A stretch of DNA of 63,949 bases, filler included, from Octopus bimaculoides (taxonomy: Eukaryota): assembly GCF_001194135.2 (NCBI RefSeq). It is 8 parts of 8 records of this genome, joined end to end, with 100 filler letters (N's around TTAATTAATTAA, not from the genome) between each part and the next. Parts side by side here need not be neighbours in the genome. Positions count along the whole stretch, not along the records: positions 1 to 11,644 come from NC_069004.1; positions 11,745 to 37,247 come from NC_068992.1; 6 more parts are not named here. The stretch is one strand, 5' to 3'. The stretch's first letter is position 1, and each line of letters opens with the position of its first letter. Below the pieces are notes generated by a model that worked only from the letters and a program-made list of their open reading frames with translations, did not search any database and was not told where the DNA came from. Positions 10,556 to 24,810 of the stretch are shown in pieces. The position numbers and the translations under genes are program-made.

Positions 10556-10888
10556 NNNNNNNNNNCATATATATCATATTCTCAGCTGCCTCTATTCAAA
10601 ATAGGTGAACGCCTAGTTTTTCTCGAAATACTTTCAGAATATTAGTGAAATTTTTTAATATTATGTTACATTTAATCGTCACATAAAAATTACTTAGAAA
10701 TATTTCATTTCAAGTTTCACATATAATGGCAGATATGCATATCACAGCAGTTTCCTACGAGCGAAGCATGGCACACTCTTCCAGACATACCCAAACAGGG
10801 CGACGTTTCTGCTTGCATATTATATGCATACACATCACACACATGCATGCCTACATAAACACATACTTATAAATGTGTATATACATAT

Positions 10889-11270
10889 GTGGAGGCGCAA
10901 TGACCCAGTGGTTCGGGCAGCGGACTCGCGGTCATAGCATAGCGGGTTCGGTTCCCAGACCGAGCGTTGTGAGTGTTTATTGAGCGAAAACACCTAAAGC
11001 TCCACGAGGCTCCGCGGCAGGGGATGGTGGTGAACCCTGCTGTACTCTTTCACCACAACTTTCTCTCACTCTTACTTCCTGTTTCTGCTGTTCCTGTATT
11101 TCAAAAGGCCAGCCTTGTCACACTGTGTCACGCTGAATCTCCCCAAGAACTACGTTAAGGGTACACGTGTCTGTGGAGTGCTCAGCCACTTGCACGTTAA
11201 TTTCACGAACATGCTGTTCCGTTGATCGGATCAACTGGAACCCACGACGTCGTATGCGACGGAGTACCAC
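10889..11270 (+). mobile_element. tRNA-derived SINE type A, full length
   Basis: gtggaggcgcaatgacccagtggttcgggcagcggactcgcgg (A-box-like), ggttcggttccc (B-box-like), with a body near-identical to 45507 and 51215. Confidence 0.92.
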
Positions 11271-11644
11271 GATATATATACATGTGTGTGTTTGTGTGTG
11301 TATTTATGTATATATATATATATATATATGTAGAAGGTTTAGATTTAGATTCAAGATTGAATATGGTACTTATGCGTAGGCACCAGAATATCGTATGGTA
11401 TGGTATTCTACAAAAACCATTCCAAAAGGATAGGTGATCAAAAATTCAAAATAAGCAACACGGATTTCAAAGATGATTGCAGTACGCACGTTTCATGCTA
11501 CTCCATTTATTTAAGTAATGCGAGCATTACATTAAATGCAATATGTAGAGCAATCTTCAGCTGCACGAAAATGCAGAAAATAACAGTAGAATAGACATAT
11601 TATAATTGTGGCAGCATTTCAAATCCAAGTGGGAGAAAGAATAC

Positions 11645-11744
11645 NNNNNNNNNNNNNNNNNNNNNNNNNNNNNNNNNNNNNNNNNNNNTTAATTAATTAA
11701 NNNNNNNNNNNNNNNNNNNNNNNNNNNNNNNNNNNNNNNNNNNN
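11645..11744. other. Artificial scaffold linker N44-TTAATTAATTAA-N44 (also at 37292, 40433, 42830, 56112, 58721, 62868)
   Basis: The identical six-frame-stop 12-mer sits inside a 100-bp N block seven times. Confidence 0.95.
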
Positions 11745-11823
<79 letters not shown>

Positions 11824-12859
11824 TGATATATATATATATATATATACATTATGCGTGTTTGTGTGTGTCTAAGTGAGTGCGTGTGCTTACGCGTGAATAG
11901 TTATTTTATGTGTCTCTACCTATCTGTTTATTCCTACAGAGATCTTGATGATTTTTTATTTGTATCTTCCACACACAAGAAGGACACTTGTTGAATTTCT
12001 TTCATTTATCCATGTATTTAATGTTCTTGTTCATTAACCACCTGAATAAATCTAGTGGGAATAAGAATATTTTCCTCAAATTCATTTTCTGTGAAAGCAA
12101 CAACGATCTAGATCGACTCAAATTACGAGGTAATGCGAAAATAAAGAACTAATCGCTCAATGCTCAATTTGCTCCTTATGTGTCCCTCGGGAGAGTTTAG
12201 TCGTTCATGGACGAAAAACAATCGTATTTTGGGGAATTATGTTTATCACAATTGCACAGATGTGACTAACAAATTAAGAATTTGGCAAATACAAATCTGC
12301 ACTTAACATTTCTATAATACAAATGTAATTAATATATTAATTGGTGTTAAAGAAATGTAAGTAATAAAACTATATTGTATGTAAATGCAATATCTATGTA
12401 GTCATTTATATCTATTTTGACAGACATACTTAATTTCTGCCTACAGTTTCCGCCGAAAGTTATTATTTGAAATTAAAGGAATAATCTGTAATAAGGATTT
12501 CTTAGAGTTCCCGATTAATGACTTTAGATCATGCTCATTGTCGTTTTTATTATAAGTTTCTTCAGAGGAGCCCGCGTATATTTTTTATCTTTTCTGTATT
12601 GCTTGTTTCAATAAATAGACTACGGCCATGCTGGGGTATCAACTTGGAAAAAAATTACTTGAATGAATGGAGCACTCTACTTTTTGTATTTCGGGATGGT
12701 CACCGAGGTCACCTCTTTAGAAAAACATTACGTAAGTATAATCTGCGAATTAAAGTAGTAGTAGAGACGCCTGGCGTTCCTTTAAAATCACTGATCTGCA
12801 ATACCTATCCCTTTGATAAATTCCCCTATACAGAGTACAGTTGTGTTTGTATGTAGGAT

Positions 12860-13200
12860 GAAACCACAGGTTAACTCGAAGGTTAGGAATGAAGCGTATG
12901 GCTTACGATCTACTGAGGGACGGTGCAGAAACATGACAACTACACTACATTGAAAACACTGCACGCAGCATAGGAGAGCATACAGGTGAACTTTGGTGAG
13001 ACCTCCAAGAAGGGAAATGCTCCTCAGTGCTTTAATAACGTGCCCAGGCAGAACATGGAGGCTCGATTAATAAGATAGAGGTTAAAGTACTATCGACACA
13101 TAGAACTGACACGACACTTAGAGAGATAACAGGGGCTACACACATAACAGTAGACAGACCGAGCTTCAATAGAAAACCGGACAACGATTTTGGATTATAT
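12860..13200 (+). mobile_element. Penelope-like element GIY-YIG endonuclease remnant
   Basis: One frame (12943-13190) with 3 stops reads HYIENTARSIGEHTGELW*DLQEGKCSSVL**RAQAEHGGSINKIEVKVLSTHRTDTTLREITGATHITVDRPSFNRK. This matches the PLE pattern YIGETxRS..ER..EH...S.L..H...HGG...KVL...LR.I.EA..I....P..NRK. Confidence 0.65.
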
Positions 13201-16200
13201 TTCCTGTTTTTTTGTTTTTACATAATTTCTGAGAGCCGTCGGGTTCATTTATAGTGTTCCCGTTTGTGAGTGCCGTCGGATTTATTTCAGATATTCTCAT
13301 TTTAAAAACCATGTGTGGATAATCTTTTAGATGACGTCGGTGTAGCCTTGGCGTAGGCTTGCGCTCTGTAAGTGCTCTTGCTTTATCTGTATCTAATCTG
13401 GTCAACATTACCTAGTAACTCTTAAATAAAAAATAAAAACACATCGAAACACACATAAATGTGTGGATACTCAGAAACCGACTGCAAATGAAAGAAACGT
13501 TTCGAAACAAGCAATGCGTATACAAAAAATGTTGTGCATCTTGATTTCTTAAACATATTTCATTTGGATTCATTAACAAATTTAATGTTTATAAGATGAT
13601 TTGGATCTATAATTCATCATATTGTATATAATTTACTGTCAATACTATGTATGAATTCTGTGCCTAATGTTCTTGAAATGTGTGACGTATCGTTTTCATA
13701 AATAAAACCTCCTTCAAAGTGATATTTCCATCTCTGGAAATATAACTCAAGTCCCCTTAATGTGTGCATTAATGTGCATTCCGTGGTGCATTTTATTTCT
13801 CAAAACTATATCAGGTGTATTTTTTATTGTTCCCTTCAGAATTGAGTCAACATCCACGTTTAGAGAAATGACAAAAGGATTCTCGGTGCATAATTAGTGA
13901 CATGAGGATAGTTTTGTCTCGTGGAACAGTCGCTACTGTAGAAAAGAGGATTTTCTGTACTAATCTCCTTTCTTTAATTCCAAAATTAACTGATAGAACT
14001 GGAAGTTGCTGATATCTGCAATGAGAGGACTGATGATCATCTGGACATTTCCTTGAATCACCTCCAAAAAAAAAAAAAGACTACCTCTGCCTTCAACATT
14101 CTTAAATCATGAAAGGTTCCTGTCTAAAGTTGCTCATTACCAGGACGGAGTTTTGGTTGAATATTCAACGAAAATGTCGTATTTTTTACGCAATTCCATT
14201 TTCTTCAGTAATGAACAGAACTTGCTTGCTTCTACTATCAGTTCTCCACTTTATCTTTTTAAGAACAATTCAAATTATTCGATGACTCAACATTGTCAAA
14301 TAAATATTGCGAATGCCAAAGAAGATTGTATTGAATAGCGTTATAGTACTTCCTTACTCCACTGTCAGCAAAAATGCTTCATTCTTCTTCATTAAATTAG
14401 TTGCATTTAGAAGTTATCACATTCATATATTTTACAGTTGAACATAACCTGACCCATTTTCTCAGCCTCGCGTTTACCGCTAATAAATTTATATAAATAA
14501 TTAAAGAACCTCTTTCAATTTAGGATGCAACTTATTTTTAACAGAAAATGTATTCCCTTCTACTAAACTCTTGCAGGTCTCTCTTCTCTCACACTCTCTC
14601 TCCCTCTCTCTCACTTTTTTAAATATTACTTTGAGCATATGTTGCATACATACAACATTCTGATTCTGTTGAAGATGTAGTTGTGACATACTAGTGCCTG
14701 AGTGTGAACAGCAATATCTCATTCAATAATGTAAAATATAATGGAAAAACCGATTTTAGTAATTGATCGCTGGTATATTGTGACGTCTCATTGATCTACC
14801 TCGATAGCTTGTCTTTGGAAAGAGAGTTGTCATTCAAATTCTAAGCAAAAACCTGTCCTCCGTCCTCATCACACGCTGGATTAAGCTGATTATATAATAT
14901 ACCTTGTGATGCTTGTTCTTCTCAACAGTCTTTTATGTCATAATGAATTAAGTCCGCTTCGAAATAGCCTTCTTTGTTTAATTTTTAAGTATCTATTGTT
15001 CCTGAAAGATCCAGTTGTGTGAAGATGGCGCTTCATCTATCATTACACATTGAAACACGTGTATCCATCGTAAGCATACTAATGTCAGCACTTATCATGT
15101 ATATTGATAATCATCGCAGGCAACTTTTTTCTTTACCATCGTTTTCGAGTTTTACATAATTCAAATGAAGTAAAGCCATCTCGAAGTCCTTCATTTTTTG
15201 CATACATATATTCACCAAAACCGCCTTACTGAATATTAACTGCTTGGACATACTCAGTTTTCAGATCTATGCTCTTTGCCCAAGTAATTTTCTGAATCGG
15301 TAATAAAACGAATGTAGACTATTATATCATATTATGTCGCTTTGTATAACAATATATCGATGCTATATTCCGTTTAACGTTGCATCAATAGCCGCCATCC
15401 AACACAAGATATGCTGATAGAGTTTTGTGTATTATTCACACTATATCTCGTGACACGTATAATGAAGTATAATAGCAGAAGAGCTAACCTCTATAAGTCT
15501 TGAACTGCCGTATTTGATTCAACTTTGTTATAATTACGAATAAAACTACATTCCAAATATTCAGCTTAATACATTAGAATCTTACTTTAGGACAGCATAT
15601 ATATCATTTTTCAGCATTAAAGTGTCCCGACATCCTGTTCGAGTATATCAGTTAAACTTAAAATATAAATTATGTATATCGTTAAGCTGGTATCATTAGC
15701 TGAATATATTACATAATATAGGATTCATATGACAACAAATATAATGAATGTCGCTTTTATTTTAAATATACTTCCTGAAAAGCTCTTTAATCAAATGTGA
15801 CTTCCGGACTTCATTAAAAATATTTCCAAGTCGATGTAAGTCTAACATTATATAATAAAAAAGTGTTAAATCATTCTTTCGTATATTTAATTAGATTCTG
15901 ATAAAATTATGCGAGTCGTTCGCAATTAGTTTGGAATATATCTCAGAATCCATTAAAATACACACACACACACACATACATACACATACACATACACACA
16001 TACACACACGCGCGCAAAAACACATACATAAATTTATAATTTGGGTCACTGTTGAAGCAATTTTTCAATAAGTTTTGTTTATAACAAGACAATGCAATCA
16101 GGTTTTGTAATTGTTATTTCCTATTAATGTGATTTATTTCACATACATTGAATTCAAAACGAAACAATAGAAATAAGCAGATACATTACATATACCCAGA

Positions 16201-16329
16201 CATGCGATGCGTATATGATGTATACACACACACACACGCACACACATATACATATATATATATATATATATATTAAATTCAAATTACGACAAACGTAAGC
16301 AAACAAACGAAGTTTGCTTTTAGAAGCGT

Positions 16330-16399
<70 letters not shown>

Positions 16400-19300
16400 G
16401 GAATGAGCGGGAGAAACACCATGTGAGCCATAATAGCAGAATGGTATGTCAGTGTGTGTGTGTTCAGTGACATAACGAACGGCTGGAGGTGAAACTCTTG
16501 TCAAAAAGCAATGAGGTGTCTGGTCCAAGGTATATAAAAATACTCATTTACCGTTCAATTACCAGTTAAGAATCATCGCAGCAGTTGCAACGCATTTACA
16601 GTGACATATTTACCCTTAAATTAACATTCATATATATATATATATATTAAGAAATTTATCTATAATTATTGTGGCATTTATTGTTAAATTAGCAGTTCAT
16701 ACATGTGCTTCGATTTGGTTAATTTATACAGCGTATGCCACCAAAGTCGTAATCTCTTCAGAAACAAGTAGAAACAATGAGGATTGTAGAAAACCGAAGA
16801 CGACAGTCTGAAGTGAGAAGCGAGGTGAGATTTTCTCATGGTCATCAAATGCACGTTGCAGCACTTAGTGGTGGATGATTAAATAAATGTTTTAATGTTT
16901 AGACAGAGGTTCAATAGAATAGCTCTTAGAAACAGACTACGTACAATTTCGTTCTTCACAACTCCGGAAGCTGTTTTCAGATATGATCTATCCCATTCTT
17001 ATAAAAATGATAATTCTGTCCAAAGTGGTGTGCTAAACACAAATTATCGTTTCTGTAGAGCATTAAAATTTACAATAGCCTTGCCAAATATTTCCCATTT
17101 TAAATTGTATTTAATTCCTTTAGATTTCAGGTCCCATATGTATTTACTAAGGCCAGTGGAATTAGTTAAGTTGCTATTGTTATAAGAATGCATATGTTGA
17201 GCCACTCGTGATTCGATTTTGCATCTAATCTTGTTATTATTATCATTAAGAGTTGCTACACATTGATATACTACATTCTCTAAATTACTTTTATTGTTAC
17301 ATTTGCATTTGGTTTTATCGAGTATCCTTTCTCGCCCATATTTTAGTGTTATATCTAATTAACGATTTTCTAGCCATTTTTACTACATTCACCTCATCAT
17401 ACGTCATTCTAACCATATATATACACATACATACATACATACATACAATCATACATACATACATACACGCATTCATACATATAACAGTGGAGAGCGTTTG
17501 CCATTTCCCCTTCCATGTCGGCTACCTCTGACGAGAGTATAATGTGTAGCTAGCTTGTTTGTTGCCTAACACTCCGTTATATGATTTCATGCGAAACCGA
17601 TTGGTAAGACCAGCCGTGATGGATAGTTAACTTACTGTCCTTTTGATGCATCGTGACACTTCAATTTTCATCTAATCTGGACAATCTCATGCATTTTGCC
17701 CAAGAACAACTCCATAACGTTAAAAAACAAATTATGTTAGAATACATTCCAAATCTGTATAACGTGATATGCCACACCTTTGCCCCCAAACCATCATCAG
17801 AAGTAGAATTTAAAGTGGCTTTGCAAAAGTCTTGTGTTAAAATTTATCCGTTTGTGTCCCTCATATTTCGAATGATTCCACGTGGTACCTGTCCCAATGC
17901 TAGAGCATCTACCAATGAGGAACATATTATAAGACTATCAGATTCATGATGAAGTTGCCGTGATGGCATAGGCTTTTATAAAATATCTGAATGCCAATAC
18001 CTCAATATCTCCAGAAATGTAATCGATAATAAATGTTTTCATACATATATACATGCATACTGGTGTGCGTACGTGTGTGCATGTGTGTGTGTGTACGTGT
18101 GCCTGTGTGTGTCTGTGTCTGTGAGCGTATGTGTCTGTATGTGTTTGTGTGTGTGTGTCTGTGTCAGAAACAGAGAATATATGAGTGGTAGGGGTGTATG
18201 TGAGAATATGAGATAGAGTATTACAACCTCTTCACCTATATTTTCCATTGGCCAATCTCATTTAGTATTATGTCTTGTATTCACAACACTTAACAGTGCA
18301 GGCGTACCATTTTATAAATACTGTTGTCAAATACAGACGCTGCTAATACGGTTTTCTTTCTTACATGATTTCTTTTTTTTCCCTGTATACGATATTTATA
18401 TATATATATTTTACTTTCCTATTTCAGTCTTCTTTAGCGATACCATTGTTTGTTAATATATCTTTATATCCGCAGTTTTGCTTTTCTTTACCTTCTTACT
18501 TCTCTTTCACAAAGGAAATTATGACGCCACGTTATGAGTGCATTGAGCCGTTGAGATTCAATTGTTTATCAATAGAAAGTACATATTGGATAATGTGAAG
18601 AATCTGATAAATGGATGACAGTAATTCGTTCAAATACATTGAGCTATGTCCTTTATATTTCTGGCCGAGTTTTGCATAAATATTGTATTATTAAATGAAC
18701 GATGCATCACGTCCCTTTTCAATGTGTAAGCGAATTAGATTACACTGAAGCTTTTATATGCATACATACACAAAACTATACGTACGTACACACTCACGCG
18801 CAGATACATACTCAGATACACGCAGATACACACTCACACTCACACACACACACACACACACACACNNNNNNNNNNNNNNNNNNNNNNNNNNNATATATAT
18901 ATATATATATAAATTATAAATATATGTATATCATACGTTTCTCTCGTTCTAGTATTATTTCTAGGCTCATTTATCATAGGTGTTTCTTTGCTGGTATTTC
19001 TAGCTGTTCACGTTCCCTGTCCGTCCTGTGGAGGTATTGGTATGTGTTAGGATTGTTTCCCTTCGACTCTTCATTCTTAGATTACGACCACCTCCTTACT
19101 CTAGTTCGTGTAATTTTGGTTTTTGTACTCTGATCATTTCGGTTGTTAGCTATTTCTACCCTTTTATGCGGATTGGAATTATCAATATTTCCGTTGATAG
19201 GTTCAATTTTAATGTTTAGTATAGAACTGCCACCGATCCTTTGGAAGTGGTATAGTTTTCTCGCACTGTGTACTGTTATTATCCGTGCTAGGTAACGACT

Positions 19301-19870
19301 AGTGGAGACCGTGGGTCGAACATTGAGTTTATTGGATATGTTATTGATTTGAGAAAGTGTTTCCGTTAATTAAGAAACAACAAACTCCAGTCAGTTTGTT
19401 TCAAAACAAGTCAAATAGATAGACCTTGAAAATGGTGAACGGAAAATCGTGCTTATATANNNNNNNNNNNNNNNNNNNNNNNNNNNNNNNNNNNNNNNNN
19501 NNNNNNNNNNNNNNNNNNNNNNNNNNNNNNNNNNNNNNNNNNNNNNNNNNNNNNNNNNNNNNNNNNNNNNNNNNNNNNNNNNNNNNNNNNNNNNNNNNNN
19601 NNNNNNNNNNNNNNNNNNNNNNNNNNNNNNNNNNNNNNNNNNNNNNNNNNNNNNNNNNNNNNNNNNNNNNNNNNNNNNNNNNNNNNNNNNNNNNNNNNNN
19701 NNNNNNNNNNNNNNNNNNNNNNNNNNNNNNNNNNNNNNNNNNNNNNNNNNNNNNNNNNNNNNNNNNNNNNNNNNNNNNNNNNNNNNNNNNNNNNNNNNNN
19801 NNNNNNNNNNNNNNNNNNNNNNNNNNNNNNNNNNNNNNNNNNNNNNNNNNNNNNNNNNNNNNNNNATATC

Positions 19871-19931
<61 letters not shown>

Positions 19932-22051
19932 TGCATTTCAGTTTACAATCCAGTGTGAATTTCAACTTTAGCCGGGCTTTTTCTTGATAAGAGGAAAGAA
20001 ATAAAAAGCTTATGTGTACCAAGTTGGATAAGCTTTGAATTATGGCCAAAAAGGAATAATGGTACTTTTGCGTGTGCGGTACAGGTAGAAGTAAACTACT
20101 ATATCATTAATGCGGTGTAGCGTGCGGAAAACTATTCCATTAATGAACACCGTGGCTTCATTGCGGTATATTTAGTTCCGTTTGGATTAATGACGCTTTA
20201 TCTTTGACTGAAATTTCAAATATCAATTTATCGTTTATGGAATGTAGTCTATAATGCATTGTACTTAAATTTATGATATTTTACTTCTTAATATAGACTT
20301 ATTATAAGTTTTCGCTCCTGTAGAAGCTCATGTTGTTTCAAATATATGTAGACAAATAGCATGAAGACTATCATGTAAGAGCAGATCTAAAGATGTGTGT
20401 TCTACTAATAAAAAGAGCCCTGGATAAGATCATTTATACAGGACAAATATTGCAGACACAAACGGTACCACTAACATTTATATTAGGCGAACCAGAAACA
20501 AATTCAAACAACGATATACACAAAAAGTTCATTTAAGTGTATATGGATTTAATCATGTATGTCTGAAATTGAATCTATATATGTATAAATACATCTGCGT
20601 TTGTTTAATATTCTCACAATCTAGCTATGCCTCCCAATACATGTGGACGTATATGTATGCGTAATTGTCTTTGTGAATATAATCATCGTTGCATACGATA
20701 ATTAGAGATCGTAATTATATAAACCCTGACGGCGCGTAGGATAATTTAAATACATACATATTCCCAAATAAAGCACGTTCATTAATCATAGGTGTAGAGT
20801 CTAACACAAGCACATTATGTTTATAGCTATATATGTGTGTCGTCGATGTTTGTGGGTGTGGGTGTGCACATCTGTGTGTGCTCTTGTTTCTATGTAATGG
20901 CTAATATTACAAAAGGTATAAACGTAAATATCTATATATGTATATCTATACGTGCGTTATATATTTCATATATATATTACACACCAGCTCCAAGAATGCG
21001 TTTTATAAGAATGCGTGTGTGAGTGAGGGAGTTACTGTGTGTATGTATGCATCCATGTAATGTCATATATGTTGTTTACTGATCTCAGTGCAATTAGTCA
21101 GACATTCGTAACATCATGTCACTCTTAATTACCTCTTGTATGTTTTTCTATGCATCGTTAATCTGGTATGAACAACAATATTATGGTACGTCTGCATCAC
21201 TATTACTAGGCATCATTACTCTCCCTGTAGAAATTAATATTCCTTTTGATTCCGTCCATCACCACAACTACGGCCAATTATGCCATGGCCATAGGCACTT
21301 TTTACCATTATCAGTATTTTAATTAGCATTTTCTGAAAAATAATGGATTGTAGGATCTTCAAATTGCCTAACAAACTAATAAGAAATTTTAGGTTTCTTT
21401 GTCCAAGATTCTTGATATAAGTAAATGCTAGAAAATAATTTATATAATATTTTCCCCTTATATAGACATTGCATATCACAGGATACAGCGGGGGACAGAA
21501 AAATGAAATCTACCGCGGATATTCGCGGCCACGCCACTCTCAAAGTCAATAGGAACAACAACGATAACACCGAATGTTAGGAAAGGATTACTCACGGTTC
21601 CAGTTAAGAAATAATTACCCGGCATGTAAATTACATTTAGTTCGATTTTCTTGTTGATGACTTAATTTGTGTTCACACATTGCTTATGTATTATCTATAC
21701 TGATGTACTAAACAGTGATATTTACCTGTTGCGTGGAGACATAAAGAAAGGTTGATTTTTGTATGATGATATAGTGTTCTTGCGCAAAGATGGGTGTCCC
21801 ATATTTTCGATTCAGTGGTAATGAGACTATATAAAATTCATTTTTGTGGAAAGGTATTAATTACATTTTTATTATCCACCGTATCGATTACAAATGGTAA
21901 TGATAAAAATGATACGTGATAGGATCCTCTCTCTCCCTACCCTATTTCTCACCCGTTCGTTGCCTCTCTCTCTGTCTCCCTCACGCTCTCCCTCTCCCGC
22001 TCTTTCTCTCCTTTTTTTTCTCCCACCCGTTCTCTCTTTATCTCTCTCTCC

Positions 22052-22088
<37 letters not shown>

Positions 22089-23030
22089 AATCTGTATTAG
22101 GCAATACTTGACCGTATACTTTCCCTTCCACAGTACTGTTTAATATGAATTAGCTGACTGCTCTGATCAACTGTTATCACAGTAAAAAATGTTTTTGGCT
22201 TCTTTTACAAACCATGCATTCAGGTTGATGTACCTGTAATCGAAATCCATTTAAAGGGTACGTTTAAACAAAGTCCCTGATTTTGGAACGTTGAAGAAAC
22301 TCTAACATGTGAAATATTTTCATATTGATAGCAGAGCGTTACTTCGACAATGACATTAGTTATGGCTCTCACTTTGTCAAAAGTCTAGAGAAAAAAAGTT
22401 TGAAACGTATATTTTAGCAGAGGTGTCTTCTCCATTGTCTGATTTGACAGAACTATGTTATATGTAAATGCGTATTAAATGTATGCACGTGTATATAAAT
22501 GGATGGTTGGATGACTAAATGAGAGGTTTAACGTATAGGAGATTATGTAAATTAGCCTGGACCCCTACTAGAATTACTGCATTTAGGGACCTATTAATAT
22601 AATTGATGGCTTCCATTTAATTCTTGCAAAAAAAAAATGAGAAAATAAGGATTGTTTATCATTTTTATAATAGTTCCCACCAGAATAAAGTTCTATCTAA
22701 ATGACCGTAGTGAAAGAAACCGATCTCATATTAAAAGCAGATAGTTCAGTTAAATAGTTTATATTATCTATATGTAATATGTTTTTCGTACGTATACAAC
22801 TTTTTCTTATGATTTTTCTTTTCTTTTTACTCATGCAGTCTTTACCAAAAGAAATAAATATAGTTTTTATATTTAGTTATATTCATTTATATTTTATTCA
22901 TATTTTACATTTATTTTATATCGTTCTTCACTGAAAGCTATTGCTATAAATCTCTCATTTTTATTTTTCTCTTTCTCTTTGTCGCTCTCAGAACCTGTTT
23001 CTCACATCTTCCTCCTCTTCCTCCTCATCG

Positions 23031-23075
<45 letters not shown>

Positions 23076-23087
23076 ACGGCATTCAGG

Positions 23088-23300
23088 CACCGAGACGGGA
23101 GATTCGTTAGCACGCGGTGTAAAATGTTTAGCTGCATTTCGTAGCCTTTACGATCTGAATTCAAATTCCGCCGAGTTCAACTTGGCCTTTCATCCTCTTA
23201 GGGTTGATAATATAAGGAGCAGTTGAACACTGGGGTCGACTTAGCTCAAGACCCAAAATTTCAGGTAGTATTCCTTTAACAGAAGCTATTATTATTATTA
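23088..23300 (+). mobile_element. SINE type C, diverged
   Basis: ttcgttagcacgcg...aattcaaattccgccgag...ctggggtcgac...aatttcagg followed by an (ATT)n tail. Confidence 0.8.
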
Positions 23301-23304
23301 TTAT

Positions 23305-23362
<58 letters not shown>

Positions 23363-24685
23363 TTACTAAGTTTACTAGGTGGAAGATGGAGTAAACTCAA
23401 TATATATACAGACTGCAGTTACCAATCGTGCTTCTCCTTCAAAAGTAAATTTTCTCTCAAACTAATTCACCGCAACGTGGATACGCATCTTCTAATTATT
23501 GCATAAGGAACCACTCTTGGCCCATATTTCTACTCGAAATATATCAAATACATAGGAAATGAATTGCATATTGGCGAAGTTGTATTTGCTGATGGAGGTT
23601 TCGAAATACAGACGGTTTTCTAATACCATGTCGATGAGACTAGCGACCCAATTTTTTTCATACAAGGAAGATTTAAAGGTTTTCTTAGGTATTTATAATA
23701 CTCAGAATTTAAGGCAGCACATTTCGCTTCTCCTTTGTCGGAAGGACACTTTGTATAGCTAGCTATTATACAGAGAAATGTTGATTTAACAATTCTCTTG
23801 AAATTCTGTCTTCCTCTCTGCCACTGCCATTGGCATTAATGTACTTTTCTTAAGTGATCTGAAAGGCATATTGAGAGAGAATGGCGACATTTTATTGATT
23901 CATCACTACGGAGATTAGAATGTTTTACGGCATAGAAATTTAAAACCATCTCTCGCCATCGCTCATTCAGTGCATTTAAATGATTTTTTGCGTTAATATT
24001 CAGATCCTTTTTAATGCAATTCAATACCAAGATAGAGTTCCTTTTTACTGCAATCCATTTCAATGACCACCAGTGAAATCTCCGAGCAGATGTAAAGTAA
24101 TTGTAGAGATGTTAAAGAAACAGTTTTGTTAATGGACATGTTTCCTATGTCTGTGGGGCAAGCGTGTTATTGTAGTGCATTATAAAATAATGACCTTCGA
24201 GGCCTTTTATGAATTTCAGGAAAAATATTAGTCAATAAGCTCCTTTATTTAAAACAAATTAATTATTTTCTTTCACTTATTTTCATTAATGAACTTTTAA
24301 TTAAAATATTTATTTGGGACATGGGTAAAATATTAACAATAAAAGAATGCAATTTCTCTTATATATATTTACAAAATTAGATGCTACAAATATTGTAGTG
24401 GAAACTTCTCCTCTTCGGCAGGAATTTACATATCAATAAATAGTTTGAGAAAACACAGCTACAGTTAAGTTGAAATAATTGGTATACCTCCAAAATACCA
24501 AAATATGGTTTTACTAAGTCATGTCATTCTAATTTTCCTGTGTAGTAGTTACTTTCTTACACAGGAACAGCTATATTGTAGAATTCGTGGTAAATGTACG
24601 CTGTATATATTGATAAGCTATTAAATTAATCATTCCAGATTGTCCACTTACAAAATGAAATGAAGTGTTGAAAAACGTTTTCTTC

Positions 24686-24810
24686 AAATTTACGAAAAAA
24701 AAAGACGAAGACAGGCGTATGAACAACAAGCAACTGTATTAGTTTGACGCTCGGGAAAAATGAAGAAGTCTTTTATGTTTCGAGCCTACGATATTCAACA
24801 TACAGGAATA
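24686..24810 (-). mobile_element. Family E repeat, third copy (decayed hammerhead)
   Basis: The reverse complement gttgaatatcgtaggctcgaaacataaaagac...cccgagcgtcaaactaataca..ttgcttgttgt matches 1640-1740. Confidence 0.75.

Noticed and set aside
10889-10970. SINE heads as tRNA genes
   Set aside because: They have A/B boxes but I could not form a complete cloverleaf, and they are attached to repeated SINE bodies.
14740-15300. Coding-like minus-strand tract (KEGYFEADLIHYD...)
   Set aside because: It needs a frameshift and has several stops. The stop deficit is modest and I could not assign a family.
20291-20340. Minus-strand stem II-GAAAA-stem III-GUC resembling half a hammerhead
   Set aside because: The 5' core reads AACAUGA (3 mismatches), there is an extra A, and stem I is not adjacent.
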